Assembly: GCA_041484665.1 (NCBI GenBank) | Contig: JBGPIA010000002.1 | Coordinates: forward strand, 320,001-384,000 | Reading direction: 5' to 3' | Length of the DNA stretch: 64,000 bases | Origin: Candidatus Krumholzibacteriia bacterium | GTDB taxonomy: Bacteria; Krumholzibacteriota; Krumholzibacteriia; JAJRXK01 | Shown: one piece after another, positions 58,221 to 64,000 of the stretch | How the letters are laid out: every line of letters begins with the position of its first letter | Numbering within the stretch: the stretch's first letter is position 1 | Position numbers and translations under genes: made by a program | Notes under the pieces: model-generated | What the model saw: the letters and a program-made list of their open reading frames with translations, nothing else | Database searches by the model: none | What the model was told of the DNA's origin: nothing

Positions 58221-59177
58221 TTACCGCCTGCCCCCAAGGGTGGCAAGCACTTTTTCCACCCCTTCGACGTCGGAAGTGCTATGGAATCGGGCAGTTCGGT
58301 AGCTGCGGGCCCCTAGGTTCGCCAGCACGTTGCCCGGCCCCACCTCCACGAAGTCCTCGACTCCGTCCTCGATCATGCGCCCCACAGACTCGTGCCAGCG
58401 GACCGGCGCCACCAGCTGCTGCACGAATCCGGAGCGCAGCTCCAAGGCCTCCAGCACCGGTCGGGCGGAGACGTTCGCCACGACCGGGGCGGTGGCATCT
58501 CTCAGCGGGACCGGCTGCAGTAGGGCGGCGAACTCCGCCTGCACCACCGCCATGAGTGGGGAATGGAATGCCCCGCTCACAGGAAGCGGCATGACTCTGC
58601 GCGCCCCGGCCGCCTTGAGCGGCTCCGCCGCGCACTCGATCGCCGTCACGTCGCCGGAGATCACAACCTGGTCGGAACTGTTGTGATTGGCCACGACGAC
58701 GACCCCCACCCCCTGCTCGCTCACGCGCGCGCAGACCTCCGCGATGCGGCCGGCATCCAATCCGAGCACCGCCGCCATCGTCCCGGGCGCGCGCTGGCCT
58801 GCTTCCCACATGAGCTCTCCACGGCGGCGGACGATGCGCAGAGCATCCTGCGGGGTCAACGCCTCCACTACAGCCGCGGCGCTGAACTCACCCAGGCTGT
58901 GGCCCGCCACCAGCGCGGGGCTCAGCGCGCCGCGCTCGCGCAACACGGCGGCCACGGCCAGGCTGTGCAGCAGGATCGCCGGTTGCGCGTTGCGTGTCTG
59001 CGTCAGCTCGTCCATCGGGCCGTCGAAGCAGAGCCGCGCCAGGTCGAAGCCCAGCACGCGGGCGACGCCGCGGAACACGGCGTCGGCCTCTGGGTAGTGT
59101 GCGCACAGGTCCACCCCCATGCCGACCCGTTGGCTGCCCTGGCCGGGGAACAGGAAGCCGATCTTGCCGGCGCTCAC
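58221..59177 (-). CDS. fabD: Malonyl-CoA-ACP transacylase
   Basis: FPGQGSQ, GHSLGE, SGAFHS and EVGPG motifs. Confidence 0.95.
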   Translation of the reverse strand: MSAGKIGFLFPGQGSQRVGMGVDLCAHYPEADAVFRGVARVLGFDLARLCFDGPMDELTQTRNAQPAILLHSLAVAAVLRERGALSPALVAGHSLGEFSAAAVVEALTPQDALRIVRRRGELMWEAGQRAPGTMAAVLGLDAGRIAEVCARVSEQGVGVVVVANHNSSDQVVISGDVTAIECAAEPLKAAGARRVMPLPVSGAFHSPLMAVVQAEFAALLQPVPLRDATAPVVANVSARPVLEALELRSGFVQQLVAPVRWHESVGRMIEDGVEDFVEVGPGNVLANLGARSYRTARFHSTSDVEGVEKVLATLGGRR

Positions 59178-60244
59178 GAGGGAGCCCCCTCGCGCGCCGG
59201 ACGCGGCGGGCTTTCCGCGGGTGCGAGCGCCCCTTCGCGCTCCAGCTCCTCGTGGATCCGCTCGTCGATCCGGTCGCGCACCGCGCGCAGCGCCACATGC
59301 ACGCCGTTGGAGACGGCGTGAGTACTGCTGCTGCCGTGGCAGATTACCGTCACCCGCTGGCAGCCCAGCAGTGGCGCACCGCCGTACTCGGCGTAGTCGA
59401 AGCGCCGGCGCCAGCGGCGCAGCGCGCGACGCAGGAACCAGAGGCCCGCCCGCGACGTGAAGTCCTTGCGCGACGCGCCGTGGATTCCCTCTTCCCAGAA
59501 GGGAACGAAGCCTTCGATCATCTTGAGCACGACGTTGCCCACGAACCCGTCGGTGACCACGACATCGGCGGCACCCTCGAACAGGTCGCGCCCCTCGAGG
59601 TTGCCGATGAATCCCGGCGTGTGCTCGGCCAGGAGCTTGTGCGCCTCCTGCGAGAGCTCGTTGCCCTTGCTGGGCTCCTCGCCGATGTTGAGCAGGCCGA
59701 CCCGGGGCAAGGACTTGCCGAGCACCGATTGCGCGTAGATGCGCCCCATGGCCGCGTACTGGAGCAGGTGCAGCGGCTTGCAGTCCGAGTTCGCGCCGAC
59801 GTCGATCAAGAGCCCCGTACCGCGCCGCGTGGGAAACACCGAAGCGATCCCGGGGCGGGCCACGCCGGGCAGACGCCCGACCAAGAGCAGCGCGCCCGCC
59901 ACGACTGCGCCCGTACTGCCCGCCGAGACGAACGCGTCGACCTTCCCGTCCTTCATCATCTGGCACCCCACGACGATGCTCGAGTCCGGCTTGCGCCGAA
60001 TCGCCGTCGCGGGCGCCTCACACATGTCGATGTTCTGGGGGGCGTGGACCAGCTCGACGTCGCCGGGCCGGGCGCCGCAGCTAGCGAGCGCGGCCTCGAC
60101 CCGCGGCTGGTCTCCGATCAGGACGATCCGCGCGCGGCCCGCCACCTGGCGCGCGGCGGACAGCGCGCCAGGGACGACCACGGCGGGACCGTGGTCCCCG
60201 CCCATGGCGTCCACTGCGATGCGGGATGGGGACCGCGCGTCCAC
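59174..60244 (-). CDS. plsX: Phosphate acyltransferase
   Basis: DAMGGDHGP, SAGSTGA, NIGEEPSKG, DGFVGN and YGGAPLLG motifs. Confidence 0.95.
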   Translation of the reverse strand: MDARSPSRIAVDAMGGDHGPAVVVPGALSAARQVAGRARIVLIGDQPRVEAALASCGARPGDVELVHAPQNIDMCEAPATAIRRKPDSSIVVGCQMMKDGKVDAFVSAGSTGAVVAGALLLVGRLPGVARPGIASVFPTRRGTGLLIDVGANSDCKPLHLLQYAAMGRIYAQSVLGKSLPRVGLLNIGEEPSKGNELSQEAHKLLAEHTPGFIGNLEGRDLFEGAADVVVTDGFVGNVVLKMIEGFVPFWEEGIHGASRKDFTSRAGLWFLRRALRRWRRRFDYAEYGGAPLLGCQRVTVICHGSSSTHAVSNGVHVALRAVRDRIDERIHEELEREGALAPAESPPRPAREGAPS

Positions 60245-60256
60245 GGCCGGGACACT

Positions 60257-60436
60257 CTACTCGGAGGGCTCGACGACCATCCGGTCTCCATAGTACCCGC
60301 ACGACGCACACACCCGGTGGGGCTTGCGCGGCGCGCCGCAGCGCGAGCACTTGTCGAGATTGGGCGTGGTCAGCTTCCAGTGGGTCCGGCGCTTGCGCTT
60401 GCGGGCCTTGCCGGTGCGTCGCTTCGGTACTGCCAT
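60257..60436 (-). CDS. rpmF: 50S ribosomal protein L32 (zinc-binding form)
   Basis: MAVPKRR...CSRC...PHRVCASCGYY. Confidence 0.95.
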   Translation of the reverse strand: MAVPKRRTGKARKRKRRTHWKLTTPNLDKCSRCGAPRKPHRVCASCGYYGDRMVVEPSE

Positions 60437-60474
60437 GACTCCTCCAGCCAGATCGTGCGAGTTCGTGCGCCGTC

Positions 60475-60981
60475 TCAGGGCGCGTGTCTGCGCAAGCGCG
60501 CGAGATCGTCCCACGGGTCGTCCGGCGGGTGCGCCGCGCAGGAGCAGGGACCGGCGTTGAGGTCCTTGCCGCAGCGCGAGCACAGCCCCTTGCAGTCCTC
60601 GCGGCAGAGCGCCCGCTGTGGCTCCGCCAGGACCACCGCCTCGGCCAGCTGCGCGTCCAACCGGACGACGCCACCGGGCGCGGCGACCATCCACGCGTCC
60701 TCCGCCGCGAGCCGCAGCTCGGTGGTGGAAGGATGGCGCAGGATCAGCACCTCGACCTCGGCCGTGAAGCGCTGTCGGAACTCGTCGGTGCAGCGATCGC
60801 AGGCGGCCGTGCGCTCCGCCTCGAAGCTGCCGCGCAGCAGCACCTGCTGCTCCATCGCGTCCACGGCGAGCGTGCCGCGAACCCGCGCCTCATACGCCTG
60901 CAGCCCCTGGCTGATCGTCAGGCTCGAGTCGAGCTCGACCGCGGATCGCCCCGGGGGCAGCCGGTCCAGATGGAGTTCCAC
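60475..60981 (-). CDS. yceD: YceD/DUF177 family protein
   Basis: CDRC, LCREDCKGLCSRCG and DPW motifs; upstream of rpmF. Confidence 0.88.
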   Translation of the reverse strand: MELHLDRLPPGRSAVELDSSLTISQGLQAYEARVRGTLAVDAMEQQVLLRGSFEAERTAACDRCTDEFRQRFTAEVEVLILRHPSTTELRLAAEDAWMVAAPGGVVRLDAQLAEAVVLAEPQRALCREDCKGLCSRCGKDLNAGPCSCAAHPPDDPWDDLARLRRHAP

Positions 60982-61000
60982 GTGCAGCCAGGATCGCTTG

Positions 61001-61028
61001 AAGGTAGCAGGTGGCACGGGCCTGTCAA
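61001..61028 (-). promoter_or_regulatory. Sigma-70 promoter for the yceD-rpmF-plsX-fab operon
   Basis: TTGACA-N16-TACCTT with an extended TGn element. Confidence 0.6.
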
Positions 61029-61432
61029 TCGGCCTCGCCGAATACGATCGACAGCTCCCGCCCAGCGTTCTCCGCGGAGTCCGAGGCATGCACCGCGTTC
61101 TCCTGGATGCTGGTTCCGTACAGAAAGCGGATCGTACCGCAGGCGGCCTCGCTGGGGTTGGTGCTTCCCACCAGCTCCCGCAGTCGCTTGACGGCATCCG
61201 CGCGCCGCAGGTGCACCCCTACCACCGTGCCGCCGCTGATGTACCGCACCAGGTCGGGGAAGAACGGCCGCTCGCGGTGCACAGCGTAGAATCGCTCGGC
61301 CTGGGGCCGGGCGAGCGTCAGGGAGCGGAGCGCGACGATCTGGAAGCCATTGCGCTCCGCCAGCTCCAGGATGGCGCCGGTCCGACCCGCCGCCACCGCC
61401 TCGGGCTTCACCATCAGATACGTGTCCTGCAT
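61025..61432 (-). CDS. ndk: Nucleoside-diphosphate kinase
   Basis: MVKPE, HRERPFF, GTIR and NAVHASDS motifs. Confidence 0.94.
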   Translation of the reverse strand: MQDTYLMVKPEAVAAGRTGAILELAERNGFQIVALRSLTLARPQAERFYAVHRERPFFPDLVRYISGGTVVGVHLRRADAVKRLRELVGSTNPSEAACGTIRFLYGTSIQENAVHASDSAENAGRELSIVFGEAD

Positions 61433-61498
61433 GCGCCTCTTCTCCCCGTGGCCGCGCCGCGGCATGACCGCGTCGCGGTGCGCAGCTGCTCGCGACTC

Positions 61499-62398
61499 CT
61501 AGCGCCGCTCCCGCAGCGCCAGCCCCGCCGGCTCGTAGCGCTTGGCCAAGAGCGGCACGATGTCGCTGGGCTTGTCCGCCACCGCGACACCGGCCTTCTG
61601 GAACGCGGCGATCTTGCTCTCGGCCGTCCCCTTGCCGCCGCTCACGATGGCGCCGGCGTGGCCCATGCGCTTCCCGGGGGGCGCCGTGCGCCCCGCGATG
61701 AACGCCACCACGGGCTTGCGGATCTTCTGCTCGATGAGATGCGCTGCCCGCTCCTCGTCGTCGCCGCCGATCTCGCCGATCAGCACGATCGCCTCCGTCT
61801 GCGGGTCGGTCTGGAAGCCCTCCAGACAATCCATGAAATCGGTCCCGATGATCGGGTCCCCGCCGATGCCGATGCAGGTGCTCTGTCCCAGCCCGGCCCG
61901 GGTGAGCTGGTCGACGACCTCGTAGGTGAGCGTGCCGCTGCGGCTGACGAGGCCCACGTGACCCTCGCGGTGGATCTGCGCTGGCATGATGCCCACCTTG
62001 CACCGCCCTGGGCTGATCACGCCGGGGCAGTTGGGCCCGATCAAGCGCGCGCCACGCTCCTTGACCCAAGCATAGACCACGGCCATGTCCTTCACCGGAA
62101 CGCCCTCGGAGATGCACACCACCAGCTCAACGCCAGCGTCGACGGCCTCCATGATCGCGTCGGCGGCGAACGCAGCGGGCACGTAGATCACGCTGGTGTT
62201 GCAGCCGGTGGCCGAACGCGCGTCGGCCACGGTGTGGAACACGGGGATGCCCTCGTGCACGGTGCCGCCCTTGCCCGGCGTGACGCCCGCCACCACCTGG
62301 GTGCCGTACTGGCGCATCTGCGCGGTGTGGAAGCTCCCGTCGCGCCCGGTGATCCCCTGGACGACCAGCCGCGTGTCGCGATCGACGAAGATGCTCAT
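61499..62398 (-). CDS. sucD: Succinate--CoA ligase alpha subunit
   Basis: [20 protein letters not shown] and RMGHAGA motifs. Confidence 0.96.
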   Translation of the reverse strand: MSIFVDRDTRLVVQGITGRDGSFHTAQMRQYGTQVVAGVTPGKGGTVHEGIPVFHTVADARSATGCNTSVIYVPAAFAADAIMEAVDAGVELVVCISEGVPVKDMAVVYAWVKERGARLIGPNCPGVISPGRCKVGIMPAQIHREGHVGLVSRSGTLTYEVVDQLTRAGLGQSTCIGIGGDPIIGTDFMDCLEGFQTDPQTEAIVLIGEIGGDDEERAAHLIEQKIRKPVVAFIAGRTAPPGKRMGHAGAIVSGGKGTAESKIAAFQKAGVAVADKPSDIVPLLAKRYEPAGLALRERR

Positions 62399-63537
62399 CG
62401 CGCCCCTCCCGTCGCCAGCTCGAGCGCCTTCTTGACCGCCTCGTCCATGGTCACGGCCGTCACCAGCTTGCTCCCCTTGAGCAGCTCGCGCGCCTTCTCC
62501 TCGTTGGTGCCCGTCAGGCGCACCACGATCGGGACCGGCACCGTCATCATCTCGGTGGCCTTCAGCAGCCCGGCCGCCACGTCGTCGCAGCGGGTGATAC
62601 CGCCGAAGATGTTGAACAGGATGCTGCGCACGCCCTTGTCGCGCAGGATGATGCGCATGGCGGTGACCACCTTGTCGGGGTTGCTGCTGCCGCCGATGTC
62701 GAGGAAGTTGGCCGGCATCCCGCCGAAGTGCTGCACCAAGTCCATGGTGGCCATGGCCAGTCCCGCGCCGTTGACGATGCACCCCACGTTGCCCGCGAGC
62801 TTGACGAACGACAGCCCGGCCTCGCGCGCCTCGACCTCGCTGGGATCCTCGGCGGAGAGGTCGCGCATCTGCTCGATCTCGGGCTGCCGGTAGAGGCCGT
62901 TGTCGTCGATGTTGAGCTTCGCGTCGACCGACCAGGTCTTGCCGTCCTTCGCCTTCACGAACGGATTGATCTCCACCAGGCTCGCGTCCACCGCGATGAA
63001 GATCCGGTAGAGCGTGAGCAGTGCCTTGCTCATGCCCGCCACCACCGCCGGATCGTCGCTGACGCGATAGGCCAGGCGCCGCGCCTGATAGGCCTGCGCT
63101 CCAAAGCGCGGATCGATGGACAGCGTGTGGATCTGCTCCGGCGTCTTAGCGGCAACCTCCTCGATGTCGATGCCGCCGGCCGCCGAAGCGATGAACATGG
63201 GCCGCTTGCTGCCGCGATCCATCAGCAGCCCGAGGTAGAACTCCTGGGCAATGTCCACGGCGCTGGTGACCAGCACCTTCTGGACGGTCAGTCCCTTGAT
63301 GTCCATCCCCAGGATGGCGGCGGCGTGCTTCTGCGCCTCCGCCGGGTTGGCCGCCAGCTTGACTCCGCCCGCCTTACCGCGCCCACCCACGTGGACCTGC
63401 GCCTTCACCACCACGCGCCCGCCGATCTCGCGGGCGATCGTCGCGGCCTCCTGCGGCGTCGCAGCCACGCGTCCCGGCGGCACGGCGAGACCGTAGGCCG
63501 CAAAGATCTCCTTGGCCTGGTACTCGTGCACCTTCAA
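62395..63537 (-). CDS. sucC: Succinate--CoA ligase beta subunit
   Basis: [28 protein letters not shown] and RLTGTN motifs. Confidence 0.96.
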   Translation of the reverse strand: MKVHEYQAKEIFAAYGLAVPPGRVAATPQEAATIAREIGGRVVVKAQVHVGGRGKAGGVKLAANPAEAQKHAAAILGMDIKGLTVQKVLVTSAVDIAQEFYLGLLMDRGSKRPMFIASAAGGIDIEEVAAKTPEQIHTLSIDPRFGAQAYQARRLAYRVSDDPAVVAGMSKALLTLYRIFIAVDASLVEINPFVKAKDGKTWSVDAKLNIDDNGLYRQPEIEQMRDLSAEDPSEVEAREAGLSFVKLAGNVGCIVNGAGLAMATMDLVQHFGGMPANFLDIGGSSNPDKVVTAMRIILRDKGVRSILFNIFGGITRCDDVAAGLLKATEMMTVPVPIVVRLTGTNEEKARELLKGSKLVTAVTMDEAVKKALELATGGAR

Positions 63538-63570
63538 CGCAGTCCCCCTCTCACCGCATTCCCCCTCTGC

Positions 63571-63999
63571 TCAGCGGGAGGCGGCCGGCGATCCCGCGCC
63601 GGGGCCGGGGTCGCGCCCGCCCCGCGCTGTCCGTGGGCCACGCAGCCTCCCCACCAGCGCCGTGGTGCTGACCCCCTCGATCATGGGCAGCCGCACCACA
63701 CGTCCTCCCCACGCTGCAACCTCGCTGCTGCCGACGATCTGCTCCGGTGTGTATTGACCACCCTTGGCCAGGACATCGGGACGAACCGTGAGGATGGTCG
63801 CAAGCGAACTCAAGTCCGTGAAGATAGTTACCGCGCTGACCGGACGCAACGCCTGAAGCAGCAGTGCGCGCGCCGGCTCCGCGAGCACCGGTCGCCCCTC
63901 CCCTTTGAGCTGCCGCACGCTGGCGTCGGAGTTGATCGCCACCAGCAGGACGTCGCCCAACTCGGCGGCGGCCAGCAGCGATCGCACGTGACCCTCGTG
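63571..63999 (-). CDS. rfaE2: Heptose 1-phosphate adenylyltransferase (RfaE2 / HldE C-terminal domain), 5' truncated
   Basis: HEGH at the window edge, then NSDASVRQLKG, RP, KGGQY and STT. Confidence 0.85.
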   Translation of the reverse strand, partial: HEGHVRSLLAAAELGDVLLVAINSDASVRQLKGEGRPVLAEPARALLLQALRPVSAVTIFTDLSSLATILTVRPDVLAKGGQYTPEQIVGSSEVAAWGGRVVRLPMIEGVSTTALVGRLRGPRTARGGRDPGPGAGSPAASR

Positions 64000-64000
64000 C

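Noticed and set aside
58994..62893. 1299-aa plus-strand ORF, and similar long ORFs at 19432..21954, 22835..24964, 25739..28498, 41710..43515 and 51675..53930
   Set aside because: They are antisense shadows of well-conserved minus-strand genes, expected at this GC content, and carry no recognisable motifs.

Overview
This is a very high-GC window from a diderm (LPS-producing) bacterium. The gene content (fused lpxC-fabZ, mcsA-mcsB-clpC between lolCD and bamA, bacillithiol genes, Minf_1886) suggests an FCB-superphylum relative such as Eisenbacteria, Krumholzibacteriota, Latescibacterota or Gemmatimonadota; this is inference only. About 60 genes lie on the minus strand in tightly coupled operons. 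In transcription order they are: rfaE2-sucC-sucD-ndk | yceD-rpmF-plsX-fabD-fabG-acpP-fabF-rnc-(Cys-rich unknown)-mog-TPR-lipoprotein | ECF sigma/ZAS anti-sigma-DUF4837-aroB-TPR-aroQ-accB-pilT/U-accC-thiE-ftsK-rimO-unknown-TPR lipoprotein-bamD-nadD-polA-coaE-prfB | lysS-lolC/E-lolD-mcsA-mcsB(frameshifted)-clpC | bamA-skp-lpxD-lpxC/fabZ-lpxA-lpxB-DUF374-lpxK | nadB-amrB-methyltransferase-bshC-bshB1-bshA | Minf_1886-mobA-Omp85-DUF4390-NtrY-like kinase. The only credible plus-strand gene is an unknown lipoprotein with a sigma-54 promoter and its own terminator. I saw no tRNA, rRNA, CRISPR array or mobile element. The region is mostly core genome. The best leads are a methyltransferase coupled to bshC-bshB1-bshA (possible N-methyl-bacillithiol pathway), an ECF promoter motif shared by the sigma gene and the bamA-lpx operon, the sigma-54 lipoprotein, and an unknown Cys-rich protein after rnc. 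All calls come from motif recognition by eye; no database searches were run.
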